Shown: piece after piece, positions 9,659 through 18,812 of the stretch
Layout: every line of letters begins with the position of its first letter
Position numbering within the stretch: position 1 is the stretch's first letter
From: an uncultured Nitrospiraceae bacterium
GTDB lineage: Bacteria > Nitrospirota > Nitrospiria > Nitrospirales > Nitrospiraceae
DNA length: 64,000 nt
Reading direction: 5' to 3'
Assembly (NCBI GenBank): GCA_963846575.1
Contig: CAWJWJ010000002.1
Span: 2,624,001 to 2,688,000 of the forward strand
The notes under the pieces: model-generated
The model's input: the letters and a program-made list of their open reading frames with translations, nothing else
What the model was told of the DNA's origin: nothing
Databases searched by the model: none
Made by a program: the position numbers and the translations under genes

Positions 9659-10630
9659 TCAGAATGCCCTCCCACCGGTTACCTGCACCGCCGCCCGTGA
9701 GGCCTCCTGTGCGGCCTCCTTAAAAAACAGGTCTTCGAGCGAGACTTTGTGCGGAGTCACTGACAGGAGCCGCCCTCCTTGCCGTCGGACCTCCCCCACA
9801 ATCGCGTCCACCGCATCGGGACTGGGCAAGACGATCAGACATTGCTGGCCCTGCTGCAACACGCGGGTCGCCAGTGAGTGAATAAACGCATTGCCCTCGG
9901 CCTTGATGTGCTGACACACGATTTCCACCGACTGGGTATGATCTTGCCGAACCAGTTCGTCGACCCGCCCGCTAGCGACCAGACGCCCCTTCATGACGAT
10001 GCCGACACGATCACAGATCATCTCGACATCATGCAGAATATGGGTACTGAAAAAGACTGTTTTGCCTCGATCACGCAGGCTCAGGATCAGGTCCCGCACC
10101 TGTTTTCTTCCCATAGGATCCAACCCGGTCATGGGCTCATCAAGAATGACCAGTTCCGGGTCGTGGATGAGAGCCTGGGCGAGTCCGATCCGCTGCAACA
10201 TGCCTTTCGAAAATTTTCGCAATTGGCGCGTGCGCGCGTCGGTGAGCCCGACGAGCTGCAACAGGTCGGCGATCCGTTGAGCAATAACCCCGCGGCTCAA
10301 CCCGGCCAATTCCCCATAGAAACCAAGAAATTCTTCGGCGGTGAGGTAGTCATAGAAGTACGGCGACTCGGGCAGGAATCCGATTCGCCGGCGAGCCTCA
10401 ACCTCACCCGCAGGTTGTCCCAATAAGAATGCTTTGCCGCTGGTCGCGCGAACGAGCCCCAGAAGGATTTTCAGGGTGGTGGTCTTCCCGGCACCATTAG
10501 GTCCAAGAAAGCCGAAAATTTCCCCTCGTCCGACCGTCAGGCAAAGCCCATCCAATGCAACAAATGGTGGCCGACCAGGCCAACCTGAAGCGTACGATTT
10601 GGTCAGATCTTCCGTGACAATATGATCCAC
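9659..10630 (-). CDS. ABC transporter ATP-binding protein, PilH-like
   Basis: GPNGAGKTT, FSKGM, DEPMTGLDP, STH, SLEDLF. Confidence 0.88.
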   Translation of the reverse strand: MDHIVTEDLTKSYASGWPGRPPFVALDGLCLTVGRGEIFGFLGPNGAGKTTTLKILLGLVRATSGKAFLLGQPAGEVEARRRIGFLPESPYFYDYLTAEEFLGFYGELAGLSRGVIAQRIADLLQLVGLTDARTRQLRKFSKGMLQRIGLAQALIHDPELVILDEPMTGLDPMGRKQVRDLILSLRDRGKTVFFSTHILHDVEMICDRVGIVMKGRLVASGRVDELVRQDHTQSVEIVCQHIKAEGNAFIHSLATRVLQQGQQCLIVLPSPDAVDAIVGEVRRQGGRLLSVTPHKVSLEDLFFKEAAQEASRAAVQVTGGRAF

Positions 10631-10645
10631 GACACCCCTCCAGCT

Positions 10646-11611
10646 TCACTGCGAAACAGGCAACTGCGCCTCGACTGGCTTGGACCAGGTCTGAGGCTTA
10701 CTGGTGGCCACGCCTGTTCGGCAGGCCACCTTTTCATGTATGCGAAGACGTTCGCGATTTGAAGATGCACTGACCGCGCCGGTCAGTATATCGATCTCGT
10801 ATTGCCCGCCCAAGGGATCCTCAGGCAATTGCGTGATAACGCCGTGCAATAGCAGATCGTCCAGTTTGGCCGGGCTTTTCCCGTACCTGCTTCGATAGCT
10901 GCGGATAGCCCCTTCCAAAAAAAGAATGTCTTTCTCCTGAACAACCTGCGTCATCCGTCGTCCAAGGGCTTCACGCACTCGCTCATCGCTCACACCACGG
11001 GAGAAGCGATCCAGAAACTCAAATGCCGCCGCGGGATCGCCGCTCTCGACCGTCATGCGGGCCGCTAACTGGGGGAGATAGGCCGGGGCCCCTGGGATCT
11101 GCGCGGCCATCCTGAGATATTCTCCTCCTGCGACGGGATTGCAGAGTTCATAGTAGGAGATATAGCCGGCCAAAAACGGCAGTTGCCAATTCGATGGGTT
11201 ATGGCGAATGCCCTTGCTCAGGATGGCGAGTCCTTCCTCCTGTCGACCGACCAGAACTCCGAGGAAAAGGCCCGTCGCTTGATAGGGAGGAACAAAGGTG
11301 GGATCCAGGTCGGTCAGGACATCAACCGCATGGTAGGTCCAGGTATACCCATGTTGAGTATCGCGCTTCGCTCCAATGTGCTGGACCGCCTGCAGCCAGA
11401 TCAAATCGGCGACCACTTGTCGATACCCCAGGACCGCAATCCTCAGATATTCACCCTTGGGCAAATATGCCAACTGTTCAGCCCGCGCGACGGCAGTCGG
11501 CTCGTGGTCCAGGCTATAGACCAGTCCTGACGCGCCTGCTAACAAGGTCAATCCGCACAGGGCATGGCCCACTGCTCTCTTCACTCCCGATATGGATCCA
11601 ACGAGCTTCAC
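10646..11611 (-). CDS. Membrane-anchored helical-repeat protein, PilG-like, with pseudopilin-like C-terminus
   Basis: N-terminal hydrophobic anchor, ADLIWLQAVQ / TDLDP motifs, TPR-like helices, C-terminal LPEDPLGGQY. Confidence 0.6.
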   Translation of the reverse strand: MKLVGSISGVKRAVGHALCGLTLLAGASGLVYSLDHEPTAVARAEQLAYLPKGEYLRIAVLGYRQVVADLIWLQAVQHIGAKRDTQHGYTWTYHAVDVLTDLDPTFVPPYQATGLFLGVLVGRQEEGLAILSKGIRHNPSNWQLPFLAGYISYYELCNPVAGGEYLRMAAQIPGAPAYLPQLAARMTVESGDPAAAFEFLDRFSRGVSDERVREALGRRMTQVVQEKDILFLEGAIRSYRSRYGKSPAKLDDLLLHGVITQLPEDPLGGQYEIDILTGAVSASSNRERLRIHEKVACRTGVATSKPQTWSKPVEAQLPVSQ

Positions 11612-13605
11612 CCCGCGCCTCCCTGTGCTCCGACGGCGGCACGAAGGGCGGAGACATCGACGTTCAGAAATGCTTTATCCAAAGTATTCTTACTCCACCG
11701 CTGGTAACGCGCTTGACGAGTCTCGATTTCGAGAAGTTGAGTTCTGGCGTCCTCGATAAGCCCCTGATCGACCCACAGACTGACCAGCAGAGCTCGGGCC
11801 GGCAGATAATTCGGTTCTAAGCGCTCCGCCTCCTTCGCGCGACGTTCGGCCTCGCTCCGCTCACCGAGCAACCAGTACAGCCGTGCCTGTTCGTATCGAT
11901 GCGGCGCGGAAAATGGCGCCAGGTTGATGGCTCGCTCATAGACCCTGACGGCGGCACGTACCCATACTGCCTGCTGGTCATTGAGGAGTGGAGGGGCGGA
12001 AGGAACCTGTGCCGCGGAAACATAGAGCTGCGCGAGTAGACCTAACAATCGGCTATCGAGAGGATTGATCTCAATCGCTGCTTTGAGTTCTTCATGCGCA
12101 CGCTGGAACGTCTGCTTGTCCCGTGTCGACTCAAAGACCCTCGCATAGACTGAGCCGAGGCCGTGGTGATACAGGGCCTTGCCCGGATCGAACCCGATGG
12201 CCTGCTTCAATCCGTTGATGGCAGCCACCGTCTGCCCTGCCATGGCCTGCCTCGAGGCCGACTCGAACGTCATCCAGGCAATCCCTGACCGGATAACTTC
12301 GAACACGACAACAAGCAGGAGGCAGGACGCAATCATTCCCCACACGAAGCGTGGCCGGATCGATATCGGCCAAGAGTCTTCGCTCTGGTTCCGGACCAGA
12401 CGCCCGGCCGAGACAATTAACCCGCCGCAGAGCATCAGCAAAATCGCCAAGGCCGATTCCCGCAGACTTGAATCAAGGCCCGCATGGACCAACAGCGCCA
12501 CCCCGCCGCCACCGATCCCGACAATAAGGCTTCTCTGCCAGCCCAGAAGCCTCGAGCAAAGCACTTGAGTCAGTTCGCGGCCAATGATAAAGACTGCGAA
12601 CGCGAATATAAGTATCGCGCCAGGCCCCATCTCGACCCCCATTTGAAGGTAGTCGTTGTGGGCCGTCTGGGCGACTTTTCCATAGCGGGCAATCTCCCCT
12701 TCCACCGGAAAAGCATATCGGGGATAGGTGTATTGATAGAGGCCGAGGCCAACTCCAAGTGGATGATCGATCATCTGGGTGAGCGCGCCCTGCCACATCT
12801 GCCAACGAGCGTAGGCCACTGGATTCTGTTGATGCTCAACCCACACCCGCTCACGCATCGGCGTGGGAACAAGCAGCAAAATGAGCAACAGCACTACCGC
12901 ACTCGTGGCGGCCAGTTTCCATCCGTATCGGATCGTCAGAATGAAGACCGTAATCACAAAGAAGCCGAGGAGACCCCCGCGAGACTGAGTCAGCACCAAT
13001 GCCAGCAACACGCCGCTTAAGGCCAACACTTGACCGGTCCACCACAGGATGCGCGGCATCGAGGTACTTGAGAACAACGATCCACGTCGATATCCATACA
13101 GCACACAGCTCAGAAGGATCGCCCAGGTCACCGTCAGGTATCCGGCCAGAAAGTTCGGATTGAAGAAGGTACCGCTGGGCCTCACCACGTTCGACGCCAA
13201 TCCTTGCACCAGCGCCCAGCCGGCTTCGGCGAGGCCCATCAAAACAATTACCGCCGCCAATGTACGAATATGCTCCCACCGGTCGACAAAAGAGACAAGC
13301 AAATAGAAGAAGGTGATGTATACCGCAATCATCAGTAGCCATTGCCGGCCCGGATGAGGATATGGGGAGAATACCGTTGCCACGACAGCAAGTCCTACGA
13401 ATGACAGCGTGGCATACCCGGCCGGGATCGCTGGAATGACGAGACGTCCTGCGCGAATGCCCCTGGCAAGAAATACTCCCAACCATGCGACTACCAAGAG
13501 GCGAATTACCATCTGCGCAGGGTGAGTCGTGCCACCCTCTTGCAGGGGTGAGAAGATGATCAGGGCACTGGTGATGATCAGTGCAATGAATGGGGGAAGT
13601 TTCAT
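11608..13605 (-). CDS. O-antigen ligase (Wzy_C) family protein with C-terminal TPRs; candidate pilin oligosaccharyltransferase
   Basis: Multi-TM; RPSGTFFNPN, TQSRGG, GVGLG, AHNDYLQ..E.G; TPR tail. Start uncertain (13605-13677). Confidence 0.85.
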   Translation of the reverse strand: MKLPPFIALIITSALIIFSPLQEGGTTHPAQMVIRLLVVAWLGVFLARGIRAGRLVIPAIPAGYATLSFVGLAVVATVFSPYPHPGRQWLLMIAVYITFFYLLVSFVDRWEHIRTLAAVIVLMGLAEAGWALVQGLASNVVRPSGTFFNPNFLAGYLTVTWAILLSCVLYGYRRGSLFSSTSMPRILWWTGQVLALSGVLLALVLTQSRGGLLGFFVITVFILTIRYGWKLAATSAVVLLLILLLVPTPMRERVWVEHQQNPVAYARWQMWQGALTQMIDHPLGVGLGLYQYTYPRYAFPVEGEIARYGKVAQTAHNDYLQMGVEMGPGAILIFAFAVFIIGRELTQVLCSRLLGWQRSLIVGIGGGGVALLVHAGLDSSLRESALAILLMLCGGLIVSAGRLVRNQSEDSWPISIRPRFVWGMIASCLLLVVVFEVIRSGIAWMTFESASRQAMAGQTVAAINGLKQAIGFDPGKALYHHGLGSVYARVFESTRDKQTFQRAHEELKAAIEINPLDSRLLGLLAQLYVSAAQVPSAPPLLNDQQAVWVRAAVRVYERAINLAPFSAPHRYEQARLYWLLGERSEAERRAKEAERLEPNYLPARALLVSLWVDQGLIEDARTQLLEIETRQARYQRWSKNTLDKAFLNVDVSALRAAVGAQGGAG

Positions 13606-13767
13606 ACAGGTGCTTGGGTAGAAATGGATCGATTTCAGCGATATCAGATGATTTATCATTGAGCTGCGAATCGACAAAGTGAAAATGAATAGTGCGGCGT
13701 GACGGGCGGCCTATGGGAGCGCATAGTCTCGGTGCATTCCAGGAGCATTCACCTCGCGGTTTCCTGA

Positions 13768-13802
13768 AATGAAAACGGGGGAGGAACCTGGTTCCTCCCC
13801 CG
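13768..13802 (-). terminator. Rho-independent terminator after pilA
   Basis: 12-bp stem CGGGGGAGGAAC/GTTCCTCCCCCG followed by TTTTCATTT on the minus strand. Confidence 0.85.
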
Positions 13803-13827
13803 CACCGAGAACTGCAGCGACTGATCT

Positions 13828-14349
13828 TTAGCTGATCACGTCGTCAGGAACCGCCTGAGTCAGGCCGCCCTTGACGTCATTGACCGACCAGCCGTCGATG
13901 GTGGGATCGTTGTCAATGCTAGCTACTGCGGATGCCGTGAAGCCCACGGTACCGGCGGCTGAGCTGGCATTCGAAGGCACCGCTGGAGCTGAGTCAACTT
14001 GCACCGTGCAAGCCACGGGAGCGCCGCAGGGAATCTGATCGACGCCGATCGAGTTTGCCGAAGCACCGTTGCCGAGAACAGCCGGGCTACGATAGGTATA
14101 GCGGTTGGTGGTTCCGGCCAAGGCGTACCCGATTTCAGAGAAGCTGCCGTACCGGGATTGTTCACTGAGATAGGCTGTCTCTGCCACGAAGATCGCCCCG
14201 AGGTTCGTCTTGGCTTCCGACTGCCGTGATTTCGCCTGGTACCGCAAGAAGTTGGGAATGGCGATCGCCGCCAGTATCCCGATGATCGCCACGACGATCA
14301 TCAACTCAATCAAGGTAAAACCCTTTTGACCTTTAACTTGCTTCAACAT
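13828..14349 (-). CDS. pilA: Type IVa major pilin
   Basis: Class III leader [36 protein letters not shown]; own terminator; ends in Ser. Confidence 0.92.
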   Translation of the reverse strand: MLKQVKGQKGFTLIELMIVVAIIGILAAIAIPNFLRYQAKSRQSEAKTNLGAIFVAETAYLSEQSRYGSFSEIGYALAGTTNRYTYRSPAVLGNGASANSIGVDQIPCGAPVACTVQVDSAPAVPSNASSAAGTVGFTASAVASIDNDPTIDGWSVNDVKGGLTQAVPDDVIS

Positions 14350-14450
14350 GGACTCCCTCCCTTTTCTATTGTAGTACTTCCACCGACCCTGACATTTCGC
14401 CCCTTGCTGTTTTCCAACCCTGCTTTGTGCGCCTTGTAGATCTCGTGTGA

Positions 14451-14467
14451 AGCAGATTCTATGCCAA
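14451..14467 (-). promoter_or_regulatory. sigma54 (-24/-12) promoter of pilA
   Basis: TTGGCATAGAATCTGCT = GG-N10-GC, about 100 bp upstream of the start. Confidence 0.8.
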
Positions 14468-14581
14468 CGCCTCCTTCCTCTTATTCTTTGTCTTTCTCAT
14501 GGTTTCCCAATCGGTTGTGTTCATCGGGCCAACAGTTCTAATCCACTCTGGTTTGTCAGATTCCTTTTTTCGGTCCTCAGC

Positions 14582-14596
14582 TGACAAGTTTTGACA
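14582..14596. promoter_or_regulatory. Candidate enhancer (UAS) for a sigma54 activator such as PilR
   Basis: TGACAAGTTTTGACA (TGnCAA-N3-TTGnC), centre 124 bp upstream of the -24 GG. Confidence 0.55.
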
Positions 14597-14610
14597 TCGC
14601 CCCCTACGGA

Positions 14611-15138
14611 TCAGTCTGTCACATCATTAGGCTCTGCCGATCCCAAGCCTTGCTTTGCATCGTTCACGTACCACCCGTCATGCGTAGAATCTCGGTCAAG
14701 ATCGGCAGCGGCCGTCGCCGTGAACCCAACCATCGATGTGATGGCAGTGCCCGCAAGCCCCGTGAAGGCCATGGGCCCCACCGCTGGAACCGAACTTTGA
14801 ATCGTGTCACAGCTACCGGAAACCCCGCAGAGATTGCCTCCATTTGGCCCTAGCCCGGCCACTTCCCCCAATCCTGTCCGATAGGTGTACCGGTTTGTCG
14901 CGGACCCGGCCAAGGCAAACCCAATATCCGAGAAGTTCCCGTAGTACCTGTGCTCAGTAAAATGCGACACCTCACCCACGAAGATAGCGGCCAAGTTCGA
15001 TCGCGCCTCCGCTTGCATGGCATGCGCTCGCGATCGCATAAAATTCGGTATTCCTACGGCAGCGAGGATGCCCACAATGACCACCACAACCATTAGCTCA
15101 ATCAGTGTGAACCCTGTTTGTCTCGATACCGTCACCAT
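14611..15138 (-). CDS. Second type IV pilin paralogue
   Basis: [24 protein letters not shown]; shares NRYTYR and GFTA.A...D.D...DGW.VND with PilA. Confidence 0.9.
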   Translation of the reverse strand: MVTVSRQTGFTLIELMVVVVIVGILAAVGIPNFMRSRAHAMQAEARSNLAAIFVGEVSHFTEHRYYGNFSDIGFALAGSATNRYTYRTGLGEVAGLGPNGGNLCGVSGSCDTIQSSVPAVGPMAFTGLAGTAITSMVGFTATAAADLDRDSTHDGWYVNDAKQGLGSAEPNDVTD

Positions 15139-15216
15139 CGGACGTAATCACAGTCTCTCCGGAAATTTTCATCCACCCTTTCGCAAGCACGGCAGATGTC
15201 GGACAGGGTTTGGATT

Positions 15217-15233
15217 AGCAGGCCTCGTGCCAA
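15217..15233 (-). promoter_or_regulatory. sigma54 (-24/-12) promoter of second pilin
   Basis: TTGGCACGAGGCCTGCT = GG-N10-GC, about 80 bp upstream of the start. Confidence 0.8.
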
Positions 15234-15352
15234 ATCTGAGTGACCTTGAGAAATTAGCCACAAGCTCCCAACAGTATTGATGTTTATGGGATTGTATTCC
15301 TGCCGGAGACGAAAGGAGGGTGATCGGAAGCGGTGGCGCCATCCTCAGAAAG

Positions 15353-15367
15353 TGCCAAAAATTGGCG
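15353..15367. promoter_or_regulatory. Candidate UAS for second pilin
   Basis: TGCCAAAAATTGGCG, same TGnCAA-N3-TTGnC pattern, centre 129 bp upstream of the -24 GG. Confidence 0.55.
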
Positions 15368-15516
15368 GAATCGAACAGCGGCCGATCAATCAAATGTGGC
15401 CTCAGCGTCGCCGAGAGCCACGAACCAAGAAAGTTACAGATGGAGGGTGGTGTAGAAGAAACCGAAGTGGGCTGATCGGCACGGTCGTCGCCGACTGGAT
15501 GGAATTCCGGAGGGAA

Positions 15517-17418
15517 TTATTGAGCCGGAAGGCTCACCTTACGGTCAGACACTCGCCGAATGGCCTGGCGAATGCGCTCTTCTTTGGTCGGATCGCCAAG
15601 TCCAAGCTCACGAAATCGTTGCATCAGCTTATCATTGGAAGGATCGAGTTCCAGCGAATGAAGAAGGGCCTCTCGGCCATCCGACAGATGTTGCTGCTTA
15701 AGAAAAATCTCACCGAGGTGCTCATAAATCACGGGATCGTCCCCGACCAGTGCCACCGCCCGTTTCATTTCATTCAAGGCTTCAACGAGTAAACCCTTCT
15801 TAAAGAAGGCCCAGGCGAGACTATCAATATAGTAGCCGTTAGTCGGACGAAGAGCGACAGCTTGCTTCGTCAGAGTAATGGCCTCTTCGATTTTCACGCC
15901 ACGCTCTGCATAGCTATATCCAAGGTAATTCAACGCATCTGCATGATGAGGATCTAAGGTGAGCGTCGTTTGCATAGACTTCACCACCTCATCAAACCGA
16001 TTCAGTTTGTCGTACACCGTCCCGGCATTGAAGTGCAGGTCCGCATTGTCGGGGTTATAGCGAATGCCCTCCAGGAAAGCCTGCAGAGATGGCTCGTACT
16101 GCTCCGACTGAAAATACGAAAGCCCGAGCACAATATGGGATTCCGGCTGCTTCGGATTCAAACGGGTGGCTTCCCGGAGGTGTTCAATCGCATCGGCATA
16201 CTGCTTCAGGCGATACTGCAGGACTCCCAGGTGGAGATGACCCTCGAAATAGGAGGGCTCGAGCGTGAGGTTGTGGCGATAGGCTTCGATCGCCTTCTGA
16301 TAGTCTTTGGTCTCCTCGTACAAGTACCCCAGATAATCGCGTACCTTGAGCTCCGAGGGCCGCGCTGAGAGAATCTGACTCAATTGTTCAATGGCTTTCG
16401 GATAATTCTTCTGTTCCCCGTAGACCAAGCCCATCCGAAGCTGGGCATCGAGATCAGATGGATCCTCGGCCAACATGCCTTCCAATTCCTGAAGCGCCTC
16501 GCCATATTGTTTCGCGGCAACTTGCAGACGAATGAGATGATGCCGGATTTCACGATTCCTCGGATTCACCCCCTGCAGATAACGACGATAGGTACTGATG
16601 GCTTTATCGCGATCCTGCTTGGCTTCATAGACTGAACCTAATGCCACGTACGCCGGCTCGAACGCCGCGTTTAAGGCTACCGCATGCTCGAAATGCGTCG
16701 TCGCTTTGTCAAACTCTCGAGCTTCGACGCTGATGCGCCCTAAATAGTAATATCCCACTGCGGAGTCCGGACTCATCTTGATCCCGGACCGGATGGTGCT
16801 TTCCGCTTCGGCGTAGTGCTTCTGATTCGCCTGTAGCAGGCCTTTGGCAAAATAGTGCTCGCTCCGCTGCGGCTCCTGCTCGATGGCACGGTTGAACAAC
16901 CGTAACCCTTGCTCTGGTTTCCCAGCCGCAGCATACATTCCGCCGATCTGGCCCAGCATCTGTGCATCCAAGCCTGGCACATCTGCCACTTCATCCGCAT
17001 ACCGGAGGGCCGTCGGCACCTCACCCGTCGTGAAATACAGCACAGCCAGCCTGGCCTTCAGGTAGTTGGATGAGGCATCCGTTTGCAGTGCCAGCTGGTA
17101 CTCTTTGATGGCCCGCTCTGTCTCCTGCTCCAACTCGGCCTGGTACCCAAGCAAAAAGTGATAGGACGCCCGGGAATCGGACATTGTGGAACTCGTACGA
17201 GGCGGCGCGGCAACAACCGCCTGATTGACAGGGAGGGCGGGTCGTGTGGACGGGGCGCTCTGACAGGCGGCGCCGAGACAGGAGAGTCCGGCGAGCAGGA
17301 ATCCGACCATTCGCACGCCGGTCCTGCTTTGGGGAGTCTGCACTGGATCGAGATGTTCGCTTCGTTGATGCACAGTCATCCGCTTAACTTGCAGGGAATG
17401 GATCGAGGAGGTGAACAA
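15517..17418 (-). CDS. TPR-repeat lipoprotein (LbcA/PA4667-like)
   Basis: LGAAC lipobox-like, many TPRs, ALNYLGYSYAE..DSLAW..EHLGE. True start probably downstream of 17418. Confidence 0.8.
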   Translation of the reverse strand: MFTSSIHSLQVKRMTVHQRSEHLDPVQTPQSRTGVRMVGFLLAGLSCLGAACQSAPSTRPALPVNQAVVAAPPRTSSTMSDSRASYHFLLGYQAELEQETERAIKEYQLALQTDASSNYLKARLAVLYFTTGEVPTALRYADEVADVPGLDAQMLGQIGGMYAAAGKPEQGLRLFNRAIEQEPQRSEHYFAKGLLQANQKHYAEAESTIRSGIKMSPDSAVGYYYLGRISVEAREFDKATTHFEHAVALNAAFEPAYVALGSVYEAKQDRDKAISTYRRYLQGVNPRNREIRHHLIRLQVAAKQYGEALQELEGMLAEDPSDLDAQLRMGLVYGEQKNYPKAIEQLSQILSARPSELKVRDYLGYLYEETKDYQKAIEAYRHNLTLEPSYFEGHLHLGVLQYRLKQYADAIEHLREATRLNPKQPESHIVLGLSYFQSEQYEPSLQAFLEGIRYNPDNADLHFNAGTVYDKLNRFDEVVKSMQTTLTLDPHHADALNYLGYSYAERGVKIEEAITLTKQAVALRPTNGYYIDSLAWAFFKKGLLVEALNEMKRAVALVGDDPVIYEHLGEIFLKQQHLSDGREALLHSLELDPSNDKLMQRFRELGLGDPTKEERIRQAIRRVSDRKVSLPAQ

Positions 17419-17454
17419 GTCTTTCGGAATTATACCGGCCCTAGAAAGGAAGCG

Positions 17455-18810
17455 TCAAACGACCTCGCGAGTCTCGAGGTTCTCGAACTTGGCGAACCGA
17501 TCGTGAAAGAACAATTCCCTCTTTCCGATGGGACCATTTCGATGTTTGCTGACGAGGATATCCGCGATGCCTTTCCGTTCCGTGCCCGGTTCGTACACTT
17601 CTTCACGGTAGATAAACATGACCACGTCGGCATCTTGTTCGATGGCGCCGCTTTCGCGAAGGTCTGCCAGCATGGGAATCGGGGGCTTTCTGGCTTCGAC
17701 CGCACGGCTGAGCTGAGACAGCGCGATGACAGGAACGTTAAGCTCTTTCGCCAGGCTCTTTAACGACCGCGAGATATCGGAAATCTCCTGCTGTCGTGAC
17801 TCGGAATCACTCTTTCCCTGCATTAACTGCAAATAGTCCACGATCAGCAAATCGAGGCCGCGTTCGGCTTTGAGACGTCGGGCTTTTCCTCGCATCTGCT
17901 GGACAGTCACTGCGCCCGAGTCGTCGATAAAGATCGGCGCTTGCTCCAGTTTTCCGGCTGCCTCAGCGAGACGCCACCAGTCTTCCTTCTGCAAACGGCC
18001 GGTCCGAAGCGCATGCGAATCGACGCGCGCTTCGGAACTCAACATACGGAGGACGAGTTGTGGTTTCGACATTTCAAGGCTGAAAATCCCAACCACAGTT
18101 CCCCCATGCAGCGCGGCATGTTGTGCCATTCCCAGTGCAAGACTCGTCTTTCCCATACTCGGACGGCCGGCAATAACGATCAGGTCGGACGGTTGCAGCC
18201 CTGCCGTCAAATCATCCAAATCAATATATCCCGTCGGCACGCCAGTCACCCGTTCCTTCCGCTTCGACAACCGATCCACAACATCAAGACTCTCCTTGAT
18301 GATTTGATTAACCGGCGTGAAGGATCGATCGAGCTTTCCCTGGGCGAGGCCAAAGATGGAACGTTCGGCGAAATCGAGCAACTCATCGACCGCCGCTGTG
18401 CCGTCGTAACCCCTGGTGATCACTTCGGTTGAAGTGTGGATGAGCCCTCGGAGCAATGCCTTATCGCGGACGATTTTACTGTGGTACCGAATGTTGGCGG
18501 CAGTGGGGACGGCTTGCACGAGCTCCGCCAGGTAGGCCGATCCGCCCACGGCATCCAGCTCTGATCGGCCCTTGAGACTTTCGGTCAAGGTGATCTGGTC
18601 GATCACTTCGCCACGATCCGATAGCTCCAGCATTGCCTGATAAATCTTGCGGTGAGAGGTGCGATAAAACTCTTCATCCGTCAGAATTTCCATGGCCTTG
18701 GCCATGGCGGTGTTGTCCAAAAGGATCGCACCGAGGACCGACTGTTCGGCTTCGACATTCTGTGGCGGCAGTTTAGGAGAGGCCAGATCGACGGAGGAGA
18801 GCGCTTTCAT
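17455..18810 (-). CDS. dnaB: Replicative DNA helicase
   Basis: PPQNVEAEQSVLG, GRPSMGKT, DYLQL, LSQLSR, DLRESGAIEQDAD. Confidence 0.98.
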   Translation of the reverse strand: MKALSSVDLASPKLPPQNVEAEQSVLGAILLDNTAMAKAMEILTDEEFYRTSHRKIYQAMLELSDRGEVIDQITLTESLKGRSELDAVGGSAYLAELVQAVPTAANIRYHSKIVRDKALLRGLIHTSTEVITRGYDGTAAVDELLDFAERSIFGLAQGKLDRSFTPVNQIIKESLDVVDRLSKRKERVTGVPTGYIDLDDLTAGLQPSDLIVIAGRPSMGKTSLALGMAQHAALHGGTVVGIFSLEMSKPQLVLRMLSSEARVDSHALRTGRLQKEDWWRLAEAAGKLEQAPIFIDDSGAVTVQQMRGKARRLKAERGLDLLIVDYLQLMQGKSDSESRQQEISDISRSLKSLAKELNVPVIALSQLSRAVEARKPPIPMLADLRESGAIEQDADVVMFIYREEVYEPGTERKGIADILVSKHRNGPIGKRELFFHDRFAKFENLETREVV

Positions 18811-18812
18811 TT

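Noticed and set aside
13828..15138. Electrically conductive (e-pili) pilins
   Set aside because: Full-length ~165-aa pilins with long aromatic-poor stretches, unlike short aromatic-dense Geobacter-type pilins.
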